Positions 39,321-51,779 of a stretch of 63,215 nt of DNA are shown in pieces (the first letter of the stretch is position 1; each line of letters begins with the position of its first letter). The notes beneath the pieces are model-generated. The model made no database searches, was not told the DNA's origin, and was given only the letters and a program-made list of their open reading frames with translations. A program made the position numbers and the translations under genes. The DNA is taken from the NCBI RefSeq assembly GCF_001194135.2, contig NC_068981.1:192245111-192308325 (forward strand), given 5' to 3'. Source of the DNA: Octopus bimaculoides (lineage: Eukaryota).

Positions 39321-41304
39321 AACGCCCTGATATATGTATCATCATCATCAATAGAGTGCCCAGCCGGCAACATATATACTCATTTGTTTTTACATCCATT
39401 TTCTATACTAGTTTGGGTTTGACATTTGTATTCTGGAGACTATCGAAACATTTTTTTAACAATAAGATCCTGTTGCTAATCCTTATTTGTTTTTCAAGTA
39501 AAGGATCTTTTATTTCACATGTTTTTAAAGGCTCAAGCCAAGCAGGCTATTTGATGACAGGAGAATTGACAAGAACAACAATGAGTCACTTTCTTTAGCC
39601 CTTTAATGTTAAGATTACTCTGTCAAATGTACTTTACTTATCATGCATTATCTTGTAGCTTCGATATTTCAATGAGGTAATTGCTTATTTTTAGAATGAC
39701 ATTATATGGTAGGTGTGAGATACCAGATCTGGCTGGCTTGAAAGTAAAACAGCTAAAATATTTGAGCCTGTAGTGACCCCCTGGTGGTCAAGCAGGAAAG
39801 CAAAACAAAAAAAGGGATCTAACGAGAGTAATCTCCCTCGACCTTCTCAAAAACTCTTGAACATTCTAGAAGCTTCCAATTAACTTCTGGATAACACGGA
39901 AGTCAGGGACTTCTGGTTCATCCCTTATATAAAGGAACACATTTCTAATTTCGCACCACTCTTGCCTGTCAGTTCCTAGACATGCAGATGTCCACCTCAT
40001 TTGCTTTGAGACATGTGGTTGCAAAATATGTTCATGTGATGTTACAAGTGTTTCCTTCAATTAACCTTATATTTTAACGTATTACCTCCAGTAATAAATA
40101 CATCTTACAAATTCCTGTTTTCTTGTTGTTTACACACAAGATGGTGACCCCTCTTTCTTGCATGCAATTATAAAAATTATAGGATGTCACTTACTGACAA
40201 TCACTATAAGCCTGATATGGCTAGTTTAAATACTAAAGGCATAAGAGTACACATGTGTGTGGAATATTCGACCACTTTCACATTAATTCAGGGGCAGGTA
40301 ATTCAGTTGACTGAACAACAGAATCCTCTTCATCAAAGACAGAAATCTACTACCATCAACCACCAAATATACATTTGTGTGTTTAAATGTCTATGACTCT
40401 TCCAGAGCACCAATTGTTGATAATAAACTTGTACACTGATACTCTTTAGTTAACATCTTCAATCCAGTTTCTAAACAAACATGGTAGATGCTGTCGTAAA
40501 GCATGATTTTTGTTTTGTTTATAAAACATTTGCTCAATGCTTATCTTACAGCAGTGTTTCACAATGTTTGAGTTTACAACTGTAAACAGTTTGAACAGTG
40601 TGTGTGTGTGTGTGTGTGTGTTTATTTGTATGTGTGTGTTTGTGTGTGTGGAAGACGCTAGTGTTATTTTGGTATCTAATAACGGTAGTTAGCAACATAT
40701 TCGCAATGGTGGTACAAGCAAAGGGGCTTAAATGTAGGAAAGTAATTAGCGCAAATTGATAGGAGTTAATAAAAAACAAAGAAGATTAAAAGTTACCAAT
40801 TTGTTGTCAGTTTCAACATTATCCTTTTTGCTGATGTTGTTCCCATTTCTGTCTCTGAACTCACTTATACCACACCCTACATTTCATTAATTACTAGCAA
40901 TGGCACCCTACTTTTCATTAATTGCTAGCAAGGGCACAGTATTTCGTTTTTACAACCATAATATACTAATAAGTATATTAAAGGTTTACAAGTCATATAC
41001 TGGGCCTTACTTTTGCATTAGAATTCAGAGCCAGCAGAAAATCTGTGCAGATAAACCTAATTTGCATATACATTGCTCCAGCCACCAAAGTAGTGCACTC
41101 TCAAAATTACCATATAAAAGGCTTTAAAAACTAAATTCAACTACAGTCTGATGACAGTAAACCAAAACTTCAAAGTTTCCGTGGAAAAATTAAATATGGC
41201 ACCACTACTAAAAAGCATTGAGAGAAACTACTGCATTCTGTATTCATACATAATACTTCTTTGGATTGTTATCCAAAAACAGATAAATATATTCTTCTAT
41301 TTTT

Positions 41305-41722
41305 TAGTTTTTTACTTGTTTCAGTCATTTGACAGTTGCCATGCTGGAGCACCACTTTTAGTCGACTCCAGTACTTATTCTTTGTAAGCCTAGTACTTAT
41401 TCTATTAGTCTCTTTTGCCAAACCACTAAGTTACGGGGACATAAACACACCAACAACAGTTGTCAAGTGATGGTGGAGGGACAAACACAGACACACAAAT
41501 ACATACACACACACACACACACAAACACACAAACACACACACACACATACACACACACACATATATATATGATGGGCTTCTTTCAGTTTCCGTCTACCAA
41601 ATCCATTCACAAAGCTTTGGTTGGCCCAAGGTTATAGTAGAAGACTTTGCCCAAGGTGCCACACAGTGGGACTGAACCCAGAACCATGTGGTTGCGAAGC
41701 AAGTTTCTTACCACACAGCCAC
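41305..41722 (-). mobile_element. SINE family B, near full length
   Basis: Complete head (cacagtgggactgaacccagaaccatgtgg...ttcttaccacacagccac), (CA)n core and 3' body. Confidence 0.9.
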
Positions 41723-41819
41723 ATATTCATACATTCCTATTATACACACATCTCATTACAGAGCATTCTTCCTTTTTTTCCTTACTCCTTTCATTTTTAA
41801 TTCTTTCCATCTTCATTCC

Positions 41820-42071
41820 ATCATAATCATTATCTCATTATTATTGCCACCATCATCATCATAATCATCATAATCATCACCCGCCACCACCACTATCACT
41901 GTCATTACTACACCATTGGTAGTAACAACAACAGCCCCACCACCACCAACAGCAGTTTCAGCATCACCATCATTGTTATCACTGCCATCATTGTTGTCAT
42001 CATTGTCGTCGTCGTCGTCGTCATCGTCGTCATCGTTGTCATCATCGTCATCATCATCGTCGTCGTCGTTG

Positions 42072-42110
<39 letters not shown>

Positions 42111-42112
42111 GA
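41820..42112. repeat. (CAT)/(CGT) trinucleotide low-complexity block
   Basis: Direct reading. Confidence 0.9.
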
Positions 42113-43149
42113 ACTCAGCCTCAGTTGCACTGTTTGAGAACAGACGTATTTTTTTAACAACCAATTCTTCACACATCCATGAATAAAATCAGTACAATCG
42201 ATAGATGCAACGAAAATATCCATTATATTTCCAAAATTATACTCTAGTAGATGGGATGGAACATCCACCAAACCCGATAATTTGTACAAAATAAATAATC
42301 TTTACACATACCTTTCCATCTTTCCACCTTGCTTTTTTTATTTTTCATGTATATTTATTTATTTTAGTATTAAATAAATCAAATATAAATGAAATTGCAT
42401 CATAAAAATACATGCCAGATATTCATATGTTGATAAAAATATACAATGAAATTATTATTGAACAATACTTTTATTGTTAAAGAAAGAAAATTGCTAGAAA
42501 CAAAATCAATATTAAATTGCTTTACCAAACCTTTTGAGAAATTTTATGGACTTTTTAAAGTATTTTTTATTTTTCATCTTCATTTTTGGAAACACAAATT
42601 TATATACATATATTTTTCACCTTTCAATATTGTATGCTTGCCATCAAATCCTTACATTGTACAAAAAGAAAACAATAAAAAAAATATCTTTAGTTTGAGT
42701 TTTATAATGGTAGATTTTACTTCTTGTTAGATTGCCATCTGTGTATTATACTAAATGTATATATTACTGTTGAGAGATATAATGCTGTGGGTTTTGTCAG
42801 AGAGAAAACCTCTTCAGAGACATGTGTTAAAACCACAATTTATATCAAAATGAGGCAAATATCATCACAGCAGCAACTCACAAGACTGACAGGCATCTTT
42901 TACCCCACTGGGTGCTTGTCAGTGCTATACACCTATCTTTCATTTGTTATGATGAAATTTGGGTTTCAATATAAAGTAAACAAGAAATAATACATTCACT
43001 GGTTTGTAGAAAGCTTGCCAAGCTGTATGCTGCTTCAATTGTCTTCACCTTGTTTTTGTTAGTTAATTGAATTCCATATGTATTTCTATGTTGATTTCAA
43101 ACTAAATGTGAGAACAATTATGAACCAAAACGACAGTAGCTGCATGGTA

Positions 43150-43400
43150 ACTTGACCTGCTAGAAATCACAACCAAATCTATCACTTGAATCACTTCAAC
43201 TTAGAAAGAAATGGACACACACTAAATTATTTTGTTCTAGATATGCTATGTCAAGAATAAAAGATGGAATGGTCACACTTGGAATGCCTGTCAAGATCAT
43301 GATGGTAACACTTTTGATCATGGGTTTGTTTTGTTAGATCCACTCTGGGTTGTACAACAACAGCAACATAACTAAAATCTTGATCATTGAGACAATACAA
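43150..43400 (+). repeat. Family F repeat
   Basis: ttgacctgctagaaatcacaaccaaatc...ggtcacacttggaatgcc. Confidence 0.65.
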
Positions 43401-43994
43401 TGAACAACAGGACATAATTGTTATTGAATTGGAAAATTCAACATATTTTGACTGATATTTGTTGGACATCTTACATCATCATTGAACAAGTGAGTGAAGT
43501 TAAAATATGAAATAATTGGATTTAAATGATAGAAAAATACTAATTTATTCTATCTAATAGTTCAGTATTAACCTATTTAATACAGAGAGACTTTAAATTG
43601 CTAACTAGAAATAATTACATAATGAACAGATAGATAGACAGACTGATAAATAATGTAAATTAGTGTTAATAAAGTTAATGCAAAGAATATTGACAAAAAA
43701 ACTAAGCTAAAAATAATTATGTGGATGGGTAGATGGATGGATGGATGGATGAACAGGTGATAGGACAGATGGATAGCCTGATGGATGGACAGACAGGCAA
43801 ACAGATAAGTTAATATATTTAATATATTGAGGTATTTAAAATAGAAGTAAACTAGAAATAATTATGTTGGGAATCAGACTGGGACATAGACACACAGACA
43901 CATAGTAAAGCTAGTGTTAACATATTTGATATAAAAAGGTATCTAGAAATAATTGTGTAGTGAAATAGATAGCCAGTGTTTGTCATCATTATAA

Positions 43995-44190
43995 TTTAAT
44001 GTCCATATTCCTGCTGACATGAGTTGAATGGTTCACAAGCCAGATGAGTGCATTGAATTCCATTATCTGCTTTGGCATGGTTTCTATTGTTGGATGCTCT
44101 TCTTAATGCCACAAACTTTACAGAGTGTACTGAGTGCTTTTCTTTCATGACACTGACAATAGTGATAATATCAAGTAACTCACAAAACAA
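43995..44190 (-). mobile_element. Family D element
   Basis: tttaatgtccatattcctgctgacatg...ggatgctcttcttaatgcc...cagagtgtactgagtgc. Confidence 0.65.
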
Positions 44191-45616
44191 AACCCCTTAA
44201 CTAAGAGGGTGTGTAGTATTGAGGGAGGCAGCTTTATGCCAGGTGTTGATAGGTTAATGTATGCAAGAGGAACAAGAATAAGTGTTTTGCTGTAGAGGAG
44301 ATATATGACTACTCCAACAGGAAAGGGAGAAAGAATGGTGGAGACGAGGTGTCAGGACATACCGTTAAGATACAAGAAGTTGAATATAAGAGAAAATAGG
44401 GACTGAGGAGAGCTGGACGGATAGGTTTGTGAGAGTGTGAAAGGAGATTAAAGATGAAGATAGAGTGAGTGCAGAGAATGGTGAATAAAGGTGGAAGTGT
44501 GGTCAACACTGAATCTCCGTTTGAGGGGAAAGTAAAGAAAAATAAGAATGGATCAGGATGGAGTTGTTAGGTGGCAATGCATAAAAGAGGGTGAGGTAGA
44601 GAACAACAGTGTAATAAAACTGTAAATAGATGAGAAATTAGGGAGACCATGAGTAGTGTTGGGGGAAGAGATTTTTAATGCATCAAGACATTAAAAATCT
44701 AACAAGAAATAAATTTGTGGTAAGGAAAACCTATATCATTAGTCGATGGCTAATAATATTTTCATTGAAGGCACATGGCCAACTGATTTTGTTATTTGAC
44801 TCGTGATTGTATAATTGTGACTTCAATTCATAGGTTGGGCAGTGCATTGTGTGCTTCAGCAAGAATTTTATTTCACATTACTCAAGTCTACTCAGTTGTA
44901 AATGAGAACTAGTCGATTACTGATAACTTTTGCTAAAGTCAGTTTAATCATCATCATCATCATTTTTGTCATCGTCATCATCATCATTGTTGTCGACGTC
45001 ATCATCATCATTATGATTTAATGTCTAAGTGCTCCATGCAGACATGGGTTTTAGCATGACAAGATCTGATGAGGCAGAGGATTGTGTCATGCACAAATTT
45101 CTACTTTTGCATGGTTTCTATGGTCAGATGCCCTTCCTTATATCAACCACTTTACAGTGTGTACTGGGTGTTTTTTCCCTGCAACCAGCACCATGCAGCT
45201 TGCAAAGCTACAAATCTCAAGGAAATAGTTTTATGTTTGAGAAGGAGCCCACCAAAAAAAGGTTTATTTCTGTAGAGAAACTACATTGCTACTCACATTT
45301 TAGAAGAGAGTGTTGGAGTGGTGATCAGTGTAGAGTACATAAAAATAAAAAATAATGGTGATCAGGTATTTAGGTGGACCATCAAGGTCAAAAGAAGTGA
45401 ATGGGGACAGAAGGGATGGAAGTGGAGTTGAGTAGAGGTTGAAAAAATGTGTGTGGGAGAATGAGAGATGGGGATGAGGAGGGTGAGTATAATGGATGAA
45501 GAACAAGTGCTGAGGGGTGGATGTAGTGAATGTTGGATAAGGGATGGTAGGGTACAAATAATGCACAGGAAGTGAGGAACCGTAAAATAGTATGATAATA
45601 CAGTAGACAAGGCAGC

Positions 45617-46075
45617 TAGCTGGCAGAATCATTAGGGTGGTGAGCTGGCAGAAATGTTAGCACACCAGGCGAAATGCTTAGTGGTATTTCATCTGCCATT
45701 ACGTTCTGAGTTCAAATTCCACCGAGGTCGACTTTGCTTTCATCCTTTCAAGGTCGATAAATTAAGTACCTGTTACACACTGGAGTCGATATAATCAACT
45801 TAATCCTATTGTCTGTCCTTGTTTGTCCCCTCTGTGTTTAGCCCCTTGTGGGCAATAAAGAAACAAGAATCATTAGCATGCCAGGCAAAATGCTTAGTAG
45901 TATTTTGTCTGCCATTACATTCTGAGTTCAAATTCTGCCGAGGTCGACTTTACCTTTCATCTTTTTGGAGTCAATTAAATAAGTACCAGTTATGCACTGG
46001 GGTCAATGTACTCGACTTAATCCCTTTGTTTGTCCCCTCTATGTTTAGCCCCACTGTGGGCAATAAAGAAATAAA
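45617..46075 (+). mobile_element. Head-to-tail tandem of family C SINEs
   Basis: Two full units (about 45637-45865 and 45866-46075) plus an extra head; both end ...gggcaataaagaaa. Confidence 0.9.
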
Positions 46076-46771
46076 TACAGTAGACAGGGAGAGAAAGAGA
46101 GAGAGAGATAACATATAGTTGGGTAGGTTACAAGAGTGTGGGAGTAGAAAGTGGCAAGCATAGCACATGGAGACAATGAGAGAGATATAATGGTGGAGAA
46201 GGGGAGATGCTTTGGTAGCTCAGCAGGAGTGTTATCACTGCAAAATATGGGTGGAGAGGAGAGTATTAAAGATGAAGGATGGGTAACAAACGAAATGGTT
46301 CTAGGTTGTGAGAGAGATTAGTGGTATCAAGGAAAAACTACAGTTAGAAACATGATGAGTGGTGAGGATGTCTGAAACAAAATCTGAAAGATGACTACAG
46401 CATTCATCAGAGTTTTCTTATAAACACTCTGATGATATCACTGACAATGCAATCATTGATAACAGAAACTCTGTTGAAGGGTGAGTATGAAGTAAACTTC
46501 CTTCTAAATGTTGCAACTTAGTAGACTTTCAGTCTGACTATGAAATCTGTCAAAATTATCTGACAGTTATAAAATAGTCCATTAGGTTATCATTGATTTT
46601 CATCATTTGAAATATAACCAATCTCCAACCAGCTTAGGCTGATTGGTTGTTCTGAGAAGGAACTACACTGTAATATAAATATATGTGTACATACAAATAC
46701 ATGTAAGTATGATGTGTATTGAGCTGCCTATATTAGAATAAAGGAAACTTGATGTATGTATAATATACATA

Positions 46772-46825
<54 letters not shown>

Positions 46826-46959
46826 AAGTTTCCTTTTATTATTCTGCTGTTACACTATATTAATGTTGTAACTAGTTTAATTATGCTTCCTATTGATCAC
46901 AACTTGTGGTCTAGAATGAGAAGCTTTTTCAATATTGTTGTTATTTTTTGTCTTTTCTG

Positions 46960-47330
46960 TATAAAAGGCTTTTACTGCTCTTTATATCTGTCCTTATTTT
47001 GGATTGACGGTTTCCCATTTAATTCTTGCTAAGCCAAATAAACAGGTTTTCTGCACAACGCCTCAGACTAGGGCCCAGTTTTCCAAAGCTTGCTCTTAAA
47101 TTCTTCGTCATAGTTCCTAAGACCTAAATAATAACTGCTAGAATCATGATATTATTTACTTCTTTGTTCCAGCATCAGATTATTTTATTCTACAATTTGG
47201 AGTGATACTTTAATTATTCTGCTATTTTGTTTTTTCTAGACTCAGGTATTAGATGAAGATTTCCACATTGATTACAAACTATAGTTTCTTTATCTTTTTC
47301 ATCATCGTCATCATCATAATTATTATTACA
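46960..47330 (-). mobile_element. Very degenerate RLE-type LINE 3' end
   Basis: IMILAVII*VLGTMTKNLRASFGKLG resembles the IPVVIGALGT motif of the other RLE copies. Confidence 0.4.
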
Positions 47331-47398
47331 ATTATTATTTAGACAAGCTATCAGAATCATTAATGCATCAAGCAAAATATATACCAGCATTTCTTCTG

Positions 47399-48364
47399 GC
47401 TGATCAATAAGTATCCGGACTGTTGCCATAGTAACGAAACTAAAGTACGCAGAGTGAAGCTGCTTGGCACAGATTCACGTTGAACTCTGCTGTACATACA
47501 TACTAAGTTTTAACGTTGTAACTCACTTCTACTGTTAACAGCAGTGCTTCAAAGGAAGGTGTGTAGTGCGTGATCATCACATTGACCATGACAGAGAAAG
47601 TGGAGCAAAGAATCTGCATCAAATTTTGCCAAAAGGTTGGTGATACCTGCTCAGAGACCTACGCAAAGTTTTCAAAAAGTTTTCATCGTTCTCGACACAA
47701 TCAAGGAGATTTTATGCAACTGAAATCTGAATGTCTTTTTGGTCAGCTGAAAGCAGTTTTCGCACAAACTTGGCAGACATGCATCTCATACCCAAAACTT
47801 CAGAGATAATGGACTGACCTGAACCATAACTAATCTGCACATCCTCTGATAACTCACAGATGGTGATTCAATGATTTCCCCTCACAGCTGCATGCACATA
47901 TGCAATGTTTTTCTCACTTCTGCTGGTTGCAGGTCTCCTAGAANNNNNNNNNNGATTTCCCCTCACAGCTGCATGCACATATGCAATGTTTTTCTCACTT
48001 CTGCTGGTTGCAGGTCTCCTAGAATATTCGTCAATATCGACATTTTTTTGGCCATCTTGGAAACGTCTGAACCACTCGTGCATTTGTGTGTGGCTCATAC
48101 ACTCCTCTCCATACATTTTTTGCCGCATTGCATAGGCCTCTGAGCAGGTATCATGATGACAACTTTCTCTGTCATGGTCAATACAACAATCACGTGCTAC
48201 ACACCTTCCTTCCAAGTACTGCTGTAAACAGCAGAAGTGAGCTAGAATGTCAAAATTTAGTGCATATGTAGTTTTAGGTCAATCTGTACCGAGCAACTTT
48301 ACTCTGCATGCTTTAGCTTCATTACTACGGCGACAGTCCGGATACTTATTGATCAGACCTCGTA
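47399..48364 (-). mobile_element. Mariner derivative with two inverted 5' ends (5'-5' foldback), inserted in a family C SINE
   Basis: TIR ctgatcaataagtatccggactg at both ends; minus strand encodes the transposase N-terminus (YGEECMSHTQMHEWFRRFQDG...MSAKFVRKLL...NDENFLKT); plus arm encodes MTEKVEQRICIKFCQKVGDTCSETYAK. Confidence 0.88.
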
Positions 48365-49305
48365 TATTTTGAGTTCATATCCTGCCTAAGTCAATTTTGC
48401 TTTTCATCCTTTCAGGGTTAGTAAAAGAAGTACTAGTTCAGCACTGGGGTCAATATAATCAACTAACCCCTTCCACCAAACATTCAGGCTTTATGCATAT
48501 TGTAAAAAGGATTATTATTTTTATTAATTAAGGAAGACTGATGTAACTCATCATGAAGGTAAATGCATAATAAGAAGAGCATGATACAGTTTGTAATAAA
48601 TAGAGACTGAATCTGTTTATTGAATCAAACAGTATTTCGATGGTATGATTTATGTTAGTTGTGCAACAGAAAAATTAAATAAAGGATCCAATGGGACATA
48701 GATAGGTATGACATCAGGCAGTGGTTTGATGGAACTTGCCAAACATTTTACATCAAAAATGGACGTAAATTTGAGGAACACTTGAAAATAGGCATTCTCA
48801 GAAAATATTTTGACTCCACTGCACTTTCAATCCTTGAAATACATGAGGAGAAATATATTTGTGAATTACTAATGCCACACACATTGGAGGAATGAACAAA
48901 ATGACAGAATTTCATCACCTTTACACAAAACGTTTTGACTATGTATTCTCTTTCCTACTTGCCCATTTAAAAAAAAATTTTTTTTTTCCTTGTTGCCGGT
49001 TATGAAAAAGCAAAAATTGATGACAACATTTTGTCTAGAAAGGGACACATGATATTCCAGTTCATATTTTCAATTTCTGTATTTCTGCATATTTTTCATT
49101 TTCCATTCTGTCAAAATATTGTTTGGTTCAGTAGTTAATATCTGTTTATTACAAATCATATTGCGCTCTTCTTATTGAGTATTATTATTATTATTTATTT
49201 TCTCTTTATCACAGGTTTTGTTGGAGCTGCTGGAGTCTTGCATGCATAGCGGGCTTACTACCTGCAGCCTACAGTACCATGCTATTCGTTCTTTATTATT
49301 ATTAA

Positions 49306-49500
49306 GGTGGCAAGCTGGTAGAATCGTTAGAGCATTGGACAAAATGTGCAGTGGTATACCTTCTGACTAATTAAATTCTATGTTCAAATTCTGTCATCCC
49401 TCTGGGGTCAATAAAATAAAGTACCAGTCAAGTGTTGGAAATGATATAATCTACAAACTTCCTCCACTTCAAATTGCTAGTCTTATACCAAACATTGAAA
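49306..49500 (+). mobile_element. Degenerate SINE family C
   Basis: aaggtggcaagctggtagaatcgttag...gttcaaattc...aaagtaccag. Confidence 0.7.
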
Positions 49501-49514
49501 CCATTATTATTATT

Positions 49515-49672
49515 ATTTTGGTTTGGCTCAAGTTCAGTCTTATTTCAGGTAGGATTTATGTGGGTAGCAAGTTACTACCTGTAACCTTAAGTATCCACAA
49601 GTTATCAGCAGTCTTTCAAGTGTTTAGAACCCTCCTGGTAATCCTTGCTGTCCCTAAGAGACAAACTTTCTG
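49515..49672 (-). mobile_element. RLE lineage 2, extreme 3' fragment
   Basis: KVCLLGTARITRRVLNT; closely matches 24400-24555; followed by (AAT)n. Confidence 0.8.
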
Positions 49673-50028
49673 TGGATATAACTACTTACTCAGTCATGCC
49701 TGTATATATATTCAGATTTAGCAAGGACTGGACAGCCTATATTATTATTATTATCTCATCACCATTACCACTTTGTACCTCACTCTTTGCCACACTTATC
49801 CAAGACATCTTTGCAAGCAGAGTTTAGCATCCAATGAAGGAAAAGTACGCATAAGTGAGCTGGCTATACCCTTGGCAAAGGCCACAAGTTATGGTCTCAC
49901 TTGGCTTGCCAGGTATAAATAAATATACATATGAGCTTACTGTGAGCTCTGTTTGATTCTTTGAATACCTTTTCTTGTTACATATATACATATCAATCTA
50001 TCTATCTATCTATCTCTCTATCTCTCTA

Positions 50029-50097
<69 letters not shown>

Positions 50098-50099
<2 letters not shown>

Positions 50100-50925
50100 G
50101 AGAATATACAAATAATAACAACAGACGAGGACAGGTGGTGTAAATAACAAAAGTATATATTAGTATGACGCTCGGGAATACGGAAAGTCTTTGACGTTTC
50201 GAGCTACGCTCTTCAACAGAAAGAATACGGAGACAAGGAGAAAAACACCATTATATATATATATATACATATACATATATAATCATAAAACTGGCTGACA
50301 AGGGTGGAGTGTGGTGATGTGGCACACAGACTTCTACAACGCTGAAGCTCTCTGCCAACTTCAAGACACCTCCTTCTGTTGCCCTCTACCCTCCAACCCC
50401 ATGCCTAGCTACCAACAGGCTGTGTGTGTCCTCCACTATCCATGACCTCATCTCCTCCTCCTCCCATCTCTCTCCCACCACCTCCAACCCTCCACACCTC
50501 CACACCACACACCACCACACCACATCACACCACCCCACACCACATCACACCACCCCACACCACTCCACATACACTAGCACTGACCTCTTCCCAGCACCCA
50601 CATCATCATCCACACACTCACACATTACAGACGCACACGCACACACACACACATCCACATGTCAAAGTCACTAGCTTCTATCCACGCCCACACACTTACT
50701 CTCACATACACACATGCACATGCACCTTCATTTTGGGATCACCAGTACTTTATTATCTTCCCTTCTTCCGAGCTCTCCTGTCCAACAACCTTTTTCCAAC
50801 CAATCACCATGATTGACCACTAAATCCACAAGATTTTTTTTTATTCTCTCTCTGCTTATTTCCTTGTGTTCCTTTCTGTTGAAGAGTGTAGGCTTGAAAC
50901 ATAAAAGACTTTCTCACCTTTCCAA
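50098..50925 (+). mobile_element. Penelope-like element remnant: inverted pLTR, RT fragment, direct pLTR
   Basis: 50281-50480 encodes IIKLADKGG/VVMWHTDFYNAEALCQLQDTSF...SNP/TIHDLISS (IIKPADKG-type PLE RT start); related ctgttgaagag...gaaac...aaagactttc motifs at 50188-50224(-) and 50871-50913(+). Confidence 0.75.
50188..50224 (-). ncRNA. Minimal type I hammerhead motif with A6U core variant
   Basis: UCUUU-CUGUUGA-A-GAGC(GUA)GCUC-GAAA-CG-UC-AAAGA: 5-bp stem I, 4-bp stem II, palindromic ACGU stem III, GUC triplet. Confidence 0.6.
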
Positions 50926-50929
50926 CTGC

Positions 50930-51069
50930 ATGGTTCCCTACTACATGGTTCCAAGTTCAGTCCCACTGCGTGGGACCTTGGGCAAGTGTCTTCTACTATA
51001 GTCTCATGCTGACCAAAGCCTTGTGAGTGAATTTGGTAGACAGAAACTGAAAGAAGCCCATCGTATACA

Positions 51070-51100
<31 letters not shown>

Positions 51101-51262
51101 TTGTGTTTGTACCCTCACCATCACTTGACAACCAATGTTGGTGTGTTTATGTCCCTATAATTTAGCGGTTCAGCAAAGAAGACTGATAGAATAAGTACTA
51201 GGCTTAGAAAGAATAAGTCTTGGGTTTAGTCAAATGATTGAAACAAGTAAAAGAATAAAAGA
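50930..51262 (+). mobile_element. SINE family B
   Basis: acatggttccaagttcagtcccactgcgtgg...gaataagtactaggctta...gaaacaagtaaaagaataaaagaat. Confidence 0.9.
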
Positions 51263-51469
51263 ATGAATATATATATATACATATATATTTCCTTTCTTGT
51301 GTTTGGCTCTCCCTAGACATAATAATATATATATATATATGTACATATGTGTGTCTGTGTGTGTGTATGTATGTCATATGTATGTATATACTTATGTGTA
51401 TATATATATATATATATATATGTCACATCCTCTGGGGAAGAGGATTGGTGTGCAAGAATCCTGAGCCAC

Positions 51470-51730
51470 ATAAAAGCACTCATGGCAGTGCCATATAAAA
51501 GTGCTCATGCCAAAGGCACATTAAAAGCACCCAGCCACACACTGTAAAGTGGTTGGTGTTAGGAAGGGCATCCAGCCATAGGAACCAATTGTCCAACAAT
51601 TTCCATTTACCAAATTGATTCACAAGGCATTGGTTGATCTGGGGCTACCATAGAATAATTTGCCCAAGGTGTCATGTAGCAGGACTGAACCCAAAACTAC
51701 ATGATTACAAAGCAAACTTTCTTAACTGCA
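51470..51730. mobile_element. Family D fragment (+) abutting a family B head (-)
   Basis: aaaagcacccagccacac...aggaagggcatccagcc, then tttgcccaaggtgtcatg...ggactgaaccc. Confidence 0.65.
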
Positions 51731-51779
51731 CCACCATGTCTGTACATGTGAAATATCTTTAAACAGTGTAAAAATGGTA

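Noticed and set aside
42112-42289. 60 protein-like codons on the minus strand before a poly-D tract
   Set aside because: No convincing splice pair or homology; the ORF length is inflated by the microsatellite.
46424-46480. CUGAUGA...GAAAC hammerhead-like string
   Set aside because: No stem I pairing, and three extra nucleotides lie before GAAA; the local hairpin tcatcagagt/actctgatga sequesters the core.
47873-48024. ~71-bp direct duplication on either side of a 10-N gap
   Set aside because: Exact overlap flanking a placeholder gap is a scaffolding artefact, not a tandem repeat.
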